Source: a candidate division WOR-3 bacterium (lineage in GTDB: Bacteria; Hydrothermota; Tepidihabitantia; SM23-42). Taken from it: a stretch of 64,000 nucleotides of DNA. Positions 1 through 10,110 of the stretch are shown one piece after another. Numbering within the stretch: the stretch's first letter is position 1; each line of letters starts with the position of its first letter. The stretch spans positions 5,172-69,171 of the forward strand of contig JAFGPO010000081.1 in assembly GCA_016936155.1 (NCBI GenBank). The letters are read 5' to 3'. A program made the position numbers and the translations under genes. Below the pieces are notes generated by a model. The model was given only the letters and a program-made list of their open reading frames with translations. It was not told the origin of the DNA and ran no database searches.

Positions 1-29
1 ACTATCAAAATTTTCGCTCGATCACTCAT
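1..29 (-). CDS. response regulator, N-terminal fragment only (gene runs off the window edge)
   Basis: Reverse complement of 1-29 reads ATG AGT GAT CGA GCG AAA ATT TTG ATA GT = MSDRAKILIV, a typical receiver-domain start. AAGGAGG lies at 36-42, 6 nt upstream. The ATG overlaps the TGA of the kinase gene (ATGAGTGA). Its position mirrors the NtrC-like gene that follows the paralogous kinase at 20493..22418. Confidence 0.4.
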
Positions 30-2088
30 AATCGACCTCCTTGTTTTTTTCTTGAGGTATACCCTCAACGGGCAATGTTATCGTAAATGTAGTACCCTGT
101 TCAACAACACTGTTGACACTGATCGCTCCACCGTGCTGTTGAATGATCCCATAGGAAACAGCGAGTCCCAAACCAGTGCCACCTGTCCCTTTCGTGGTGA
201 AAAATGGATCGAATATCTTTTTAAGATGCTCCTTCTCAATACCATAACCAGTGTCTTGAAATGATAAAACAATTGCCTTGCCGGTATCATCTTTTTGAGA
301 GGCGATCGTGAGAACTCCTCCATTCGGCATTGCATCGAGAGCATTCAGCACAAAATTTGTAAATACCTGTTTCATCATATTTTCATCGGCCATGACCATC
401 GGAAGACCGGATGCAAAATTCCTCTGTATCGTGACGTTATGGAGCAACACCTGGCTTTCGAACAGTAAAAGCGTTTTTTCCATTGCCGCGCTGATATCAG
501 TCAACACCTTTTTAGGTATGTGCTGTCGCGAAAATTCAAGAAGTCCTTTGACAATACGACTGCACCGGTTGATCTCCCCGATGATAAGATCAAGGTTCTT
601 CTGCACGGATTTCTGGTCTTGTATTTTTTCTGCAACGAGATGGCTGTTGATCAATATCGAGGTCAGTGGATTATTGATCTCATGCGCGACCCCGGCGGCC
701 AGTCTGCCGAGCGATGTCAGTTTTTCGGATTGTATCAAATGGTCCCGTGTTTTCTCCAACTCTGCGGTTTTTTCCTCGACTTTTTGCTCCAGCGTATCAG
801 TCAGTTCATCATACTTCTGCTTTGTTTTCGCAAGCTCCGCAATCATGTGATTGAATGACTGGGCGAGCGTACCGACCTCATCCTGCTGGGTCACGATGAC
901 CCGCTGTGTCAAATCGCCCTTAGCAACGCTGTTGGTTGCGGCGAGCAGTTCTTTAAGCGGACGTATGATCGCAGTGGACGTAATATACGCGATCACGATT
1001 AAAAGCACAACACACAGCAGTGCGATACTTATGAATGTGTAGACAACGCGGCGCTGCATATCGACATACGGAGCCTCGAGCACACCGACATAAAGCATCC
1101 CCACGATGTCTCTATTGACCGCTTCGATCGGTTCATAGGCGGTGCGATACCATGCATTAACAACGAATGCTCTGCCTATCCACGGTTTTCCCTGGATCAT
1201 GACGCGATCATATACTTCCTGAGAAACGCGTGTACCAATAGCGCGGCTTCCATCACTGTTCGCCACGTTAGTTGATATCCGCAGGTCGTTCTGGAATATC
1301 GTCGCGGTACCGATATCCTGGCCCTTGTATTGCTCGCCGCGATACACGATATCTTTTACCCGGTCGACAATATGGTAATTACGATTCAGTAAACGCGCTC
1401 CGTACAGCACCGCGATCATATCTCCCTCATAATCATCGACTTCAGCTGCGGCCGTGATCGCCATTCCAGCGGTTTCCTCTTTCTCAACGCGCACGCGCGC
1501 TTTCTTAGTAGGGATAAACTCGATACGCGCCTGCTCAGCGAGCAGACTGTCCTCTTTGATAAGATATTCACGCGGCAGGATCTCGGTTCCAGAAACAAAG
1601 GAACCTCCTTTAATTACAGTGTGCACCATATCACTGAACGTGCTATCGCCGTACATACCTGGATTACGCACCCTAAGTATGACCCTTCCCTGCTGGTCGA
1701 ACAGAATCAGCATATCCAGATGTTCCTGCACCCGGATCCTCTCCAGCTCGTATATTAAGCGCTTACGATCGTGGTTCAACAACGCATCCTTAAGAAAAAA
1801 CCTGACTGCGGTCAGTCGTACGGTGGTTTCAATGTGTTCGATTTCCCGGGCATATACTTCATGAGCGGAATTAAGATCGAGCCGGACTTTATTCTGGGCT
1901 TCACGAATGATCGTACTGCCGATAAGCTGGATCCCGACAATAACCGATAACGCAACACCGACAATGATGATGAGGGAAAATCCTGTGATAAGTTTGGTCC
2001 GCAAGCTTACTATTTTCATACTGACACCATCAACCATGGGTACATGAGCACCATGGGATAATAATACTGAATAAAACACCTGTTTCAA
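22..2088 (-). CDS. sensor histidine kinase (TM - Cache-like extracytoplasmic domain - TM - HAMP - HisKA - HATPase)
   Basis: 688-aa ORF. Hydrophobic N-terminus (LITGFSLIIIVGVALSVIVGI) and Cache-like block (GTATIFQNDLRISTNV, RAIGTRVSQEVYDRV). H-box GVAHEINNPLT. ATPase motifs DTGYGI and GTGLGLAVSYGI. The ATG at 2019 (MKIVSLRTK) is a likely alternative start. Close paralog of 20493..22418. Confidence 0.9.
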   Translation of the reverse strand: MKQVFYSVLLSHGAHVPMVDGVSMKIVSLRTKLITGFSLIIIVGVALSVIVGIQLIGSTIIREAQNKVRLDLNSAHEVYAREIEHIETTVRLTAVRFFLKDALLNHDRKRLIYELERIRVQEHLDMLILFDQQGRVILRVRNPGMYGDSTFSDMVHTVIKGGSFVSGTEILPREYLIKEDSLLAEQARIEFIPTKKARVRVEKEETAGMAITAAAEVDDYEGDMIAVLYGARLLNRNYHIVDRVKDIVYRGEQYKGQDIGTATIFQNDLRISTNVANSDGSRAIGTRVSQEVYDRVMIQGKPWIGRAFVVNAWYRTAYEPIEAVNRDIVGMLYVGVLEAPYVDMQRRVVYTFISIALLCVVLLIVIAYITSTAIIRPLKELLAATNSVAKGDLTQRVIVTQQDEVGTLAQSFNHMIAELAKTKQKYDELTDTLEQKVEEKTAELEKTRDHLIQSEKLTSLGRLAAGVAHEINNPLTSILINSHLVAEKIQDQKSVQKNLDLIIGEINRCSRIVKGLLEFSRQHIPKKVLTDISAAMEKTLLLFESQVLLHNVTIQRNFASGLPMVMADENMMKQVFTNFVLNALDAMPNGGVLTIASQKDDTGKAIVLSFQDTGYGIEKEHLKKIFDPFFTTKGTGGTGLGLAVSYGIIQQHGGAISVNSVVEQGTTFTITLPVEGIPQEKNKEVDYE

Positions 2089-2099
2089 TAGCCAGCAGG

Positions 2100-3200
2100 C
2101 TACTTGCCGGTCTGTAAAGGCAGTGTTACCTTAAATGTTGTCCCTTTTCCCACGGCGCTCCTTACGGATATCGAACCACGGTGCCCATCGATGATTCGTT
2201 TAACAATGGATAGCCCCAACCCCGATCCCACCACGAGTTTGGTCCTGTTGCTCCGATAAAACTCCTCAAATATGAATGGCAGTGATTCCTCGTCAATGCC
2301 CACACCTGTATCCTGAACTTCAATATTAACAAATGACTGATCCTCAGTTACCACAACAGCAACCGTTCCGCCGGCGTGATTATAACTTATCCCGTTGCTA
2401 ACAAGATTGGTCAGGGCTTCGCGGAGAAAATCCCGATGCGCCATGATGACGGCTGACCGATCTGCCTGAACGGTTATCGTAACTCCCTGCGCCTTGGCAG
2501 TCGGGTCAAGAAAAGATATTATCTCATGGAGCATCGCTATGACATCCACATCCGCATACTCTTTCTGAAGTATGCTTGGGTCGATACGTGAATACGCCAG
2601 CCATGAATCGATTAAATGCAGCAGTTCATGTATACGTACTCGGCAGCGACTCAGGGTATTTTTCTGATCCTCATTCAACGTACCGATCATCTCCCCAAGC
2701 ACTACGTCAAAGTATTGCTGGACAACAGCGAGCGGCCCTTTCAACTGGTGGGAAACCATTGAAACAAACGTCTCCTTCATCCGTTCCTTTTCCAGTCGCA
2801 ACCGCATAGCTTCCTGCACTGCCCGCCGATGCTTTGTTCCCCGGGCGGCGATGATCCTTAGTTCATTCGGCGTAAACGGTTTCGGGAGAAAATCAAACGC
2901 ACCCAGTTTCATTGATGAAACCGCTGATTCTATACTGACAAATCCTGTTATCACGATCAATACCGCATTCTTGTCATGATCGCGTATACGCTCGAGCAGC
3001 TCCATGCCGCTCATCCCGGGCATTTTTATATCGATAAAAGCGATGTCCGGGATCATCTCCAAGTAGGTTTGCAAACCGGTCTCGCCGCAATTGCATACTG
3101 TCACTGCATACCCCTCCGGTTCCAACACTTCGGAACAGGACTGACAGATCGCTGTCTCATCATCGACAACGAGGATCGAAGGGGATGTGTGATGCGCCAT
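2100..3200 (-). CDS. hybrid response-regulator receiver / histidine kinase (REC-HisKA-HATPase)
   Basis: 366 aa. Receiver start ILVVDDETAI, then DIKMPGMSG and FDFLPKPF. H-box FVSMVSHQLKGPL. ATPase DTGVGI and GSGLGLSIVK. Paralog of 29526..30683. Confidence 0.9.
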   Translation of the reverse strand: MAHHTSPSILVVDDETAICQSCSEVLEPEGYAVTVCNCGETGLQTYLEMIPDIAFIDIKMPGMSGMELLERIRDHDKNAVLIVITGFVSIESAVSSMKLGAFDFLPKPFTPNELRIIAARGTKHRRAVQEAMRLRLEKERMKETFVSMVSHQLKGPLAVVQQYFDVVLGEMIGTLNEDQKNTLSRCRVRIHELLHLIDSWLAYSRIDPSILQKEYADVDVIAMLHEIISFLDPTAKAQGVTITVQADRSAVIMAHRDFLREALTNLVSNGISYNHAGGTVAVVVTEDQSFVNIEVQDTGVGIDEESLPFIFEEFYRSNRTKLVVGSGLGLSIVKRIIDGHRGSISVRSAVGKGTTFKVTLPLQTGK

Positions 3201-3202
3201 AC

Positions 3203-4042
3203 TCAGAATTCCTGCGGGAGCTTCAAAAGTTCAGCGTATGAAAATACCGGACCGTCTGTACACACATACTTGCTGCCGATGTTACAGCGCCCGCACTTTC
3301 CGATACCGCACTTCATGCGCATTTCTAGCGACAGGTAAATGGCATCTGCCTGGAAACCAAGTTCATTGAGTACCGGGATCGTGAATTTTATCATGATCGG
3401 CGGACCGCAGACCAGGGCGATCGTATCGTGCGCTTTGGGTGCGATCTCTTCAAGCACTCCGGGGACAAAACCTTCACGGCGCTTCCAGCCGTTGCTTCCC
3501 TTATCCACCGTAATGTAGAAGTTCAATCCATCATGATTTTCCCACTGCCAGAGATCGTTTTTATACAATAACTCCCCAGGATTCCGGGCGCCGTATATCA
3601 CCGTAATATCCTTGTATGCCGATCGATTTTTCTGATCAAGCAGATACTTGATGGTAGAACGCAACGTTGTAAAGGCAAATCCCCCGCTGACAATGAGTAT
3701 GTTCTGATCGCGCATCCTGCTAAAAGGATAGGTATTGCCCAGCGGCCCACGGATACCTATCTCGTCTCCTTTTTTAGCACGATGCAATATCGTTGTCACG
3801 AGGCCCACCCGCTTTACTGTGAACAGGAGGCCTCTTTGTTCTGTTGGTGAAGATGCAATGCCGATCGGGCATTCCCCTTTACCCAGCAATGAGATCTCAG
3901 CAAACTGCCCTGGCAGATAGTTGAATACCGCGGCATCGCCCTCGTGTTTGAAAGTGAGACTGAAGGTCTTGATATCGCGCGCATCGTTTTCCACGGTAAT
4001 ATCGTTGATAATGGCAGGTAACGGTTTATAAGGATTTTTCAT
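3203..4042 (-). CDS. FAD/NAD(P)-binding oxidoreductase with C-terminal [2Fe-2S] motif (FlxA / sulfhydrogenase-gamma / AsrB-like)
   Basis: 279 aa. Ferredoxin-reductase-type fold motifs (PGQFAEISL, RLFTVKRVG-like, ILIVSGGFAF). C-terminal CGIGKCGRCNIG cluster motif. ATGA overlap with the upstream gene at 4039-4042. Paralog of 45900..46715. Confidence 0.85.
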   Translation of the reverse strand: MKNPYKPLPAIINDITVENDARDIKTFSLTFKHEGDAAVFNYLPGQFAEISLLGKGECPIGIASSPTEQRGLLFTVKRVGLVTTILHRAKKGDEIGIRGPLGNTYPFSRMRDQNILIVSGGFAFTTLRSTIKYLLDQKNRSAYKDITVIYGARNPGELLYKNDLWQWENHDGLNFYITVDKGSNGWKRREGFVPGVLEEIAPKAHDTIALVCGPPIMIKFTIPVLNELGFQADAIYLSLEMRMKCGIGKCGRCNIGSKYVCTDGPVFSYAELLKLPQEF

Positions 4043-5073
4043 GAGGCCTCCACTATATCCTGTAATACATTCCGGATATCAAGGTTGACCGGACAATACT
4101 GAACACATCGACCGCACCCTACACAAAACAGGCTGTTAAAATTCTTAACACTGTAGTTGAATTTGTGCATAATTCGCTGACGCATCCGCTCTTTCTGAGT
4201 TGGTCGGGGATTGTGTCCCGATGCGTGCGCTGTAAAAAGGCTGTACTGGCAAGAGTCCCATGTTCGTATTCTCCGTCCTTGCTTTCCGATCGTTTCATCG
4301 GTGATATCAAAACAATGACAAGTCGGACATAGAAATGTACAAACACCGCATCCCAGACACTTCTGATGATAACGATCCCACCATGGTGATTGGAAATCAT
4401 CAAGCTTCGCCAACGCTGATTTGATCTCGATTTTTGCATTGATCTTTGCCTTGGCATCTTGCATGAGTGCGCTTTTTTCCGCCACATCCTTTTCTGATAC
4501 CGGATGCATCATGGACTGTACTCCATGAACCATCTCTTTTCCCCATGGCGTGATCGCTTCGATCATGAATCGCCCCTCCATCGCGGTGACGAATATGTCA
4601 ATGCCATCGCTGTAATCCGGTCCTGTGTCAACCGATGTGCAAAAACAGGATAACGCAGGATGAGTACATGCCATGCCAATTATCTTGGTCCGTTCCCGAC
4701 GCATTTTGTAATACGGATCCTGGGGGTCTTGCCCGAGAAACACCTTATCAAGAAGTACAATAGCACGAGCATCGCAAGGACAGACGCCAACTAGTACATT
4801 ATTCTTTCCACCACCGTCATTGGCATCTCTGAATTCAGCATCAGGACTGCGCTTGTCAAACGCAAAAAGACATTCGGTCTGCGGCAACAGGAATTCCTTT
4901 GGGGAAATCTTGACCCGGGGCAAGGGGAGCTGTATATCTTTCACGTCTCTCAGATGAACGAATTTCAATCCATCGGCATCAGGTGCATAAACGGTGTTTT
5001 GTTCACCCACGAATCCCACCAGAACGTTTAATCCCTCCCTCGTACATATATAATGGCCGTTTGTGGAAGTCAT
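4039..5073 (-). CDS. iron-sulfur protein (FlxB / sulfhydrogenase-beta / AsrA-like)
   Basis: 344 aa. CLGCGVCTFLCPTCHCFD and CVGCGRCVQYCP motifs. Paralog of 46703..47713. Confidence 0.8.
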   Translation of the reverse strand: MTSTNGHYICTREGLNVLVGFVGEQNTVYAPDADGLKFVHLRDVKDIQLPLPRVKISPKEFLLPQTECLFAFDKRSPDAEFRDANDGGGKNNVLVGVCPCDARAIVLLDKVFLGQDPQDPYYKMRRERTKIIGMACTHPALSCFCTSVDTGPDYSDGIDIFVTAMEGRFMIEAITPWGKEMVHGVQSMMHPVSEKDVAEKSALMQDAKAKINAKIEIKSALAKLDDFQSPWWDRYHQKCLGCGVCTFLCPTCHCFDITDETIGKQGRRIRTWDSCQYSLFTAHASGHNPRPTQKERMRQRIMHKFNYSVKNFNSLFCVGCGRCVQYCPVNLDIRNVLQDIVEAS

Positions 5074-5084
5074 ACAATCACTCC

Positions 5085-6083
5085 TTATTCAGGTTCAATC
5101 ATGAATTCCTGTTGATCATTCGCCGCGAAGACAGCCAGAGGAAATGCTTCATTAAGGGAGACACCCGCATCATAATCAAAACGCGTGTGCACTTCATTAA
5201 TAAGCATACGAGAAAAAGGTCGAAGATCGATGTCCATGGGACATGCCCGGACACATGCGCCGCAATCGACACATCGTCCGGCCTGATGAAAGATACGCAC
5301 GATATGATAAAAAAGAATTTCGGACAGTTCATTCGCAGTGCTCAGCCAGCGGGGATTCGTCTGGTCCGCGAAACATTCTTTGCAATAGCAGTTAGGACAT
5401 GCTCGACGGCAGGCGTTGCACCGGATGCACCGCGAGAGTTCTCTCTCGAACATTTGCCATCGTTCTTTACGCGACAACCGGGCGAACCGCTGTACGGATG
5501 ATTCGGTCTGATCGATGACGGGCAAACGGTGTTCCGTTTTGATTAGTATATCGTATTCGGTCGGAGTCGGATTTGTACACGTGGTACATGCATCACACAA
5601 CACCTCTGACTTATCCAGGGTATATTCTCTCTGAGCAGTTCTTATCACGATGTTACCTTCATGCTCTTCAGAGCCCACGACCTCATGTCCCGGAACCTTT
5701 TTTGCGATTTTATTCTGGTCAACAATCCCGCTGCAGGAAATCCCGATGATAAATAGACGGTCGCGCTTGATCTGCTGTTCCTTTATCAGTTCGACAATCG
5801 AGCGGCTATCACAACCCTTGCAAAGCACACCTATTTTGAATGCAGGATCATTACCGTTACTCTCGAATGACCGCTTCAGGTAAACGGTAAGATTAGCCGC
5901 GCAAAACGGATTCCACACAAGGCGTCCGGCATCACTCGGCTTCTGCACGAAACAGGGGGATGTCCGCAGGGGTAACGTACCGTTCTCGTAACCGATAAAC
6001 ATGCTTATCATTCCTTCTGCAAGAAATTTCCGGGCGTTATTTACGATCTCATGTTCGGACTGCTTCATGCTCCCTTCTTTCAT
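5085..6083 (-). CDS. 4Fe-4S dicluster protein (FlxC-like)
   Basis: 332 aa. RCIRCNACRRACPNCYCKEC and RCVDCGACVRACP motifs. Start is uncertain (ATG at 6083 or 6068); both overlap the upstream MvhD gene. Confidence 0.7.
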   Translation of the reverse strand: MKEGSMKQSEHEIVNNARKFLAEGMISMFIGYENGTLPLRTSPCFVQKPSDAGRLVWNPFCAANLTVYLKRSFESNGNDPAFKIGVLCKGCDSRSIVELIKEQQIKRDRLFIIGISCSGIVDQNKIAKKVPGHEVVGSEEHEGNIVIRTAQREYTLDKSEVLCDACTTCTNPTPTEYDILIKTEHRLPVIDQTESSVQRFARLSRKERWQMFERELSRCIRCNACRRACPNCYCKECFADQTNPRWLSTANELSEILFYHIVRIFHQAGRCVDCGACVRACPMDIDLRPFSRMLINEVHTRFDYDAGVSLNEAFPLAVFAANDQQEFMIEPE

Positions 6084-6525
6084 AAGTTAATTCTTTTTTA
6101 AAGTACGTCAGCGGTCCGATTTTTCTGATATCGTCCGTTATTTTTTTAATAATTGCAGCAAATCGCGCACCTTCAGCTGCGGATACCCATGAGAATTGTA
6201 CGCGCTCTGGCTCAATACCGATAAAATCCAAGAACCGTTTCAGGAGTGCGAATTTTCTTCGTGCGTAATAATTGCCACTGATGTAGTGGCAATCACCCGG
6301 ATGACATCCTGATACCAGTACGCCGTCAAAACCGTTGTAGAGCGCCCGCAGTATATAAAGGGGATTGATCCTTCCAGAACAGGGAACACGGATGACGCGG
6401 ATGCTCGGGGGATACTGGAAACGACTGACGCCGGCGAGATCCGCTCCTGCATATGAGCACCAATTACATAGAAAAGCGAGTATCTTGGGTTCAAATCCTG
6501 GATATACTGTACCTGTTTCACTCAT
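6049..6525 (-). CDS. mvhD: methyl-viologen-reducing hydrogenase delta subunit family protein (MvhD/FlxD)
   Basis: 158 aa. Diagnostic block LCNWCSYAGADLAGVSR...VPCSGRINP...VSGCHPGDCHY. AAGGAG lies 7 nt upstream of the ATG. Confidence 0.9.
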   Translation of the reverse strand: MSETGTVYPGFEPKILAFLCNWCSYAGADLAGVSRFQYPPSIRVIRVPCSGRINPLYILRALYNGFDGVLVSGCHPGDCHYISGNYYARRKFALLKRFLDFIGIEPERVQFSWVSAAEGARFAAIIKKITDDIRKIGPLTYFKKELTYERREHEAVRT

Positions 6526-6536
6526 TGCAATTCTCC

Positions 6537-9500
6537 TTACGATGCGACCGACAACGCGGCAAGTATCTGAGTGTCGCGAAAACCTTTAAGATCGATCGCG
6601 CCCGAGCGACATGATGCAGCGCACGTTCCGCAACCTTTGCAGAGTACTTCGTTGACCACGGCAACATTCTTTTCAGCATCAAGCTCGATCGCTCGGTAAG
6701 CACAGACGGCAACGCACAACCCACATCCACTGCACCGATCAGCACGTACCGAGGCGATCTTACCTTCGGCTTCAAGCATATCCTTGCTTAAAACCGTCAC
6801 TGCGCGAGATGCAGCGGCCTTTGCCTGGGCGATCGTTTCGCGGATGTCTTTGGGATAGTGCGCGAGCCCGCACACGAAAATCCCGTCGGTAGCGAAGTCG
6901 ACAGGGCGTAATTTCACATGCGCCTCAAAGAAGAAACCATCAATACCCAACGGCACCTTGAGTGCCTGGGAAAGTCGCTTGTTGTCACCATTGGGCACCA
7001 CGCCAGTGCTTAAAACCAGAAGGTCGGGGTTGAAATATATTGATCTATCCAGTACTTTTTCCCGACCGGTCACCAACAGACCATTTCCGTTGATCTCGAC
7101 ACGCGGTTTTTCCGCAGCATCATACTGGATGAAAACGATACCTGCTTGCCGTGCTTTTTTGTAAAACAGTTCTTTTAGACCGTATGACCGCACGTCACGG
7201 TAGAAATTGAATATAGCAACATTGGGGATCATCTTTTTAAGGAGTAAGGCGTTTTTGATCGCCATACTGCAGCAGATCCTGCTGCAATACGGATGATTAT
7301 CATCCCGGGAACCGACACAATTGATCATGACCACTTTTTTGACAGCCGGCAATGACGGATCGTTCGATGCGATCTTCTGTTCCAGCTCGCGTTGGGTAAT
7401 GATACGCGGATCCTGCCCATAGCAATATTCCTTGGGAATATGCTCATAGGCTCCCGTTGCCACGACAATGACCCCGTGCTCGATCTCTTGTATTGTTTCA
7501 TCCCCGTTTGACAGCATGGAATCCTCTGCAATATCCTTAGATATACATTGTACGGTCGTCAGGAAATTACCGATATAACCGCTCGTTTTACTTATCTTGC
7601 TTGACATGTAGACGGTAATTTGAGGATGAGTGCTGACGAGGTTTATAATATCTTGGAGTACAGGAGCAGTTTCTTTACCGTCAAGGGTATACTGGATGTA
7701 CCTCAGATTACCTCCAAGTGCTTTTTCTTTCTCAACAAGATGAACATGGTAACCATGATCAGCGATATCAAGGGCGGCGATCATTCCGGATATGCCGCCG
7801 CCAATGACCAAAGCTTGTTTGCTCACACCTAATGGGGTTTTGCTGAGCGGCTCTTGATAGACTACTTTCGCAATGGACATCCTCACGAGATCGATCGCCT
7901 TTGCAGTCGCCTGTTCCGGTTCCTGCTGGTGGACCCAGGAGCACTGGTCGCGGATATTAGCAAAATCGAATAAAAATTGATTGAGTCCGGCCTTGCGCAA
8001 TGTTTCCTGAAAAAGCGGTTCATGGGTTCTCGGTGTGCATGCGGCAACTACGATACGGTTGAGATCGTGTTCATGGATCGCATCGATAATGAGTTTCTGG
8101 GCATCCTGCGAGCACGCGAACATAAGATCCTGACAATGAACAACGTACGGTTCTTTAGCGATCTCCTCGACCACTTTCTTCACGTCCACTGTTGCCGCGA
8201 TATTAATGCCACAGTGGCACACGAAAACACCGACATTCGGCCGATCGCCCTCGTTGATATCTCGCATCGGTGGATATTCGACAACAATCTTATTGCTCTC
8301 GAAATCCTTCAACAGGGCCCCAGCTGAAGATGCGGCACCGCTAGCTTCAATAACAGATTCCGGGATATCCTTGGGCCCGGATATCGTACCGCATACGAAG
8401 ATCCCAGGTCGCGATGTACCGACAGGTTTGAAATCACTGGTAACGACAAATCCAAAATCGTTGATCGCAATGCCGAGGGTATCGCACAACCGATGCAGCA
8501 CAGGGGTAGAGACCAGACCAACGGAAAGGATCAGCAGATCGAATCTATCCTTGATTGTTCTCCCGTTGATCGCGTACTGTACGATCGGATCATCGTTCAC
8601 TGGATCTACGTCGACAGTTGATACGCGTGCACGTACAAAACGGGTATTATGTTCTTGCTCGGCCCGATCGATGAACGCGTCGAAGTTCTTACCACAAGCC
8701 CTGATATCCATGCTGAAAACAGTAATGGCAACATCAGGCATATGCTCGGTGATAATGATCGCATCCTTTGCTGCCTGCATACAACAGATCGCAGAACAAT
8801 ATTCATTACCGCTCCGTTCATCGCGTGAACCAACACACTGGATAAAAGCGACACGCCTTGGTTCTCGTCGATCGGACGGACGGAGTACATGACCCCGGGT
8901 CGGGCCAGAAGCACTTAACATGCGTTCGAATTCCATGCTGGTCACAACGTTCGGACATGTCTTGTAAGCATATTCATCCTGATGAAGTGCATTATACTCT
9001 CCTAAACCGGCTGCAACTATAATGCTGCCCACTTCGAGCATTACTGTCTCCTCTTTTTGATCGAAATCGATAGCTTTCGGTTCGCAGACGCGCTCGCAGT
9101 TACGACACTTGCCCTTATTCAGGTACAAACAGTGTTCTGCGTCAATAAGCGCTACAGCAGGAACAGCCTGCGGAAAAGGAATATGAATGCATTTGGTGTC
9201 CATAAGGCTCATATTATACTGGTCCGGGATCTTTATCGGGCATTTTGTCATACACACGCCGCACCCGGTACACCGGTCCTCATCAACATACCGGGGATAT
9301 TTGCGCACGGCTACCTTAAAATAAGGAGCCTCTCCTGAAACCTGTTCAACCTCGGCGTTGGTAATAATCGTTATATACGGATGGTTACCCGCTTCCACAA
9401 GTTTGGGAGACAGGATACACAGCGAACAGTCATTTGTCGGGAATGTCTTGTCGAGCTGGGCCATGCGCCCCCCGATGCTCGGTGATCGTTCAACCAGAAA

Positions 9501-9626
9501 TACTTCAATACCAGAATCGGCCAGGTCAAGAGCAGCCTGAACACCAGCGATACCTCCGCCTATCACCATAACTTTCTTGTGAACCTGTTTAGCGCTCATG
9601 GATGTGCTCCTATCGACCTTTGTCAT
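6537..9626 (-). CDS. hdrA: tandem HdrA-like flavo-iron-sulfur protein (two HdrA units in one chain, uninterrupted)
   Basis: 1029 aa. Unit 1: [72 protein letters not shown]. Unit 2: VFVCHCGINI N-domain, LVIGGGISGMIAALDIA, INCVGSRDDNHPYCSRICC. C-terminal CSGCGLCVAVC and CKGCGTCAASC. Confidence 0.9.
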   Translation of the reverse strand: MTKVDRSTSMSAKQVHKKVMVIGGGIAGVQAALDLADSGIEVFLVERSPSIGGRMAQLDKTFPTNDCSLCILSPKLVEAGNHPYITIITNAEVEQVSGEAPYFKVAVRKYPRYVDEDRCTGCGVCMTKCPIKIPDQYNMSLMDTKCIHIPFPQAVPAVALIDAEHCLYLNKGKCRNCERVCEPKAIDFDQKEETVMLEVGSIIVAAGLGEYNALHQDEYAYKTCPNVVTSMEFERMLSASGPTRGHVLRPSDRREPRRVAFIQCVGSRDERSGNEYCSAICCMQAAKDAIIITEHMPDVAITVFSMDIRACGKNFDAFIDRAEQEHNTRFVRARVSTVDVDPVNDDPIVQYAINGRTIKDRFDLLILSVGLVSTPVLHRLCDTLGIAINDFGFVVTSDFKPVGTSRPGIFVCGTISGPKDIPESVIEASGAASSAGALLKDFESNKIVVEYPPMRDINEGDRPNVGVFVCHCGINIAATVDVKKVVEEIAKEPYVVHCQDLMFACSQDAQKLIIDAIHEHDLNRIVVAACTPRTHEPLFQETLRKAGLNQFLFDFANIRDQCSWVHQQEPEQATAKAIDLVRMSIAKVVYQEPLSKTPLGVSKQALVIGGGISGMIAALDIADHGYHVHLVEKEKALGGNLRYIQYTLDGKETAPVLQDIINLVSTHPQITVYMSSKISKTSGYIGNFLTTVQCISKDIAEDSMLSNGDETIQEIEHGVIVVATGAYEHIPKEYCYGQDPRIITQRELEQKIASNDPSLPAVKKVVMINCVGSRDDNHPYCSRICCSMAIKNALLLKKMIPNVAIFNFYRDVRSYGLKELFYKKARQAGIVFIQYDAAEKPRVEINGNGLLVTGREKVLDRSIYFNPDLLVLSTGVVPNGDNKRLSQALKVPLGIDGFFFEAHVKLRPVDFATDGIFVCGLAHYPKDIRETIAQAKAAASRAVTVLSKDMLEAEGKIASVRADRCSGCGLCVAVCAYRAIELDAEKNVAVVNEVLCKGCGTCAASCRSGAIDLKGFRDTQILAALSVAS

Positions 9627-9642
9627 TGTTCGTACCTACCCA

Positions 9643-10110
9643 TCAACCTTTAGAAGATTGAGATTCGTGTGCTGCTGTAAGATCGTATTTGATGAGATCG
9701 TGACGCAGGATCTGAAGTCGTTTGTCGATCTCCTGAATGCGCTCGGCAATATCCGGTCGGGCGTAATTCTCCTTAATCGCCAGATATCGCAGGACGCGCA
9801 TGAGATCGGGAAAGTTTACATTCTGAGGGCAGTGCGCATAGCAGCGGTAACATACAAGGCAGTACCAGATCGCCGGTGATTGTAGCACCTCATCCCGCAA
9901 GCCGAAAAGGATCTCCCGTATGATACGACGCGGGTTGTATTCTTCGTCGATCTCACTGATCGGACAACCAGCAGTGCATGTTCCGCACGCAAAGCACTTC
10001 CGCAGGTTCTCGCCACCGGGATAGGACATGATCTCTGCGGCAAAGCCAAGATCGACATCGTCCATGTTAATTGCCGGTTTTTGCTCGGTCATAAAGATGC
10101 TCCTTTTCAT
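9643..10110 (-). CDS. hdrC: HdrC-like 4Fe-4S dicluster protein
   Basis: 155 aa. CFACGTCTAGCPI and CLVCYRCYAHCPQ. Paralog of 28263..28760. Alternative ATG starts at 10092 and 10065; the latter lies 1 nt after the MvhD stop. Confidence 0.8.
   Translation of the reverse strand: MKRSIFMTEQKPAINMDDVDLGFAAEIMSYPGGENLRKCFACGTCTAGCPISEIDEEYNPRRIIREILFGLRDEVLQSPAIWYCLVCYRCYAHCPQNVNFPDLMRVLRYLAIKENYARPDIAERIQEIDKRLQILRHDLIKYDLTAAHESQSSKG

Noticed and set aside
6487-6498. The sequence GGGTTCAAATCC resembles a tRNA T-arm.
   Set aside because: It lies inside the well-supported mvhD coding sequence. I could not fold any flanking acceptor or anticodon stem, so I make no tRNA call.
8206-8892. Long plus-strand ORFs lying antisense inside the big minus-strand genes. 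Examples: 8206..8892, 11414..12124, 12780..13607, 21757..22491, 35698..36393 and 28739..29365.
   Set aside because: They lie fully inside well-supported genes on the other strand. Their translations are low-complexity (Ser/Arg/Thr-rich), and they carry no recognisable motifs or RBS. They are typical shadow ORFs.
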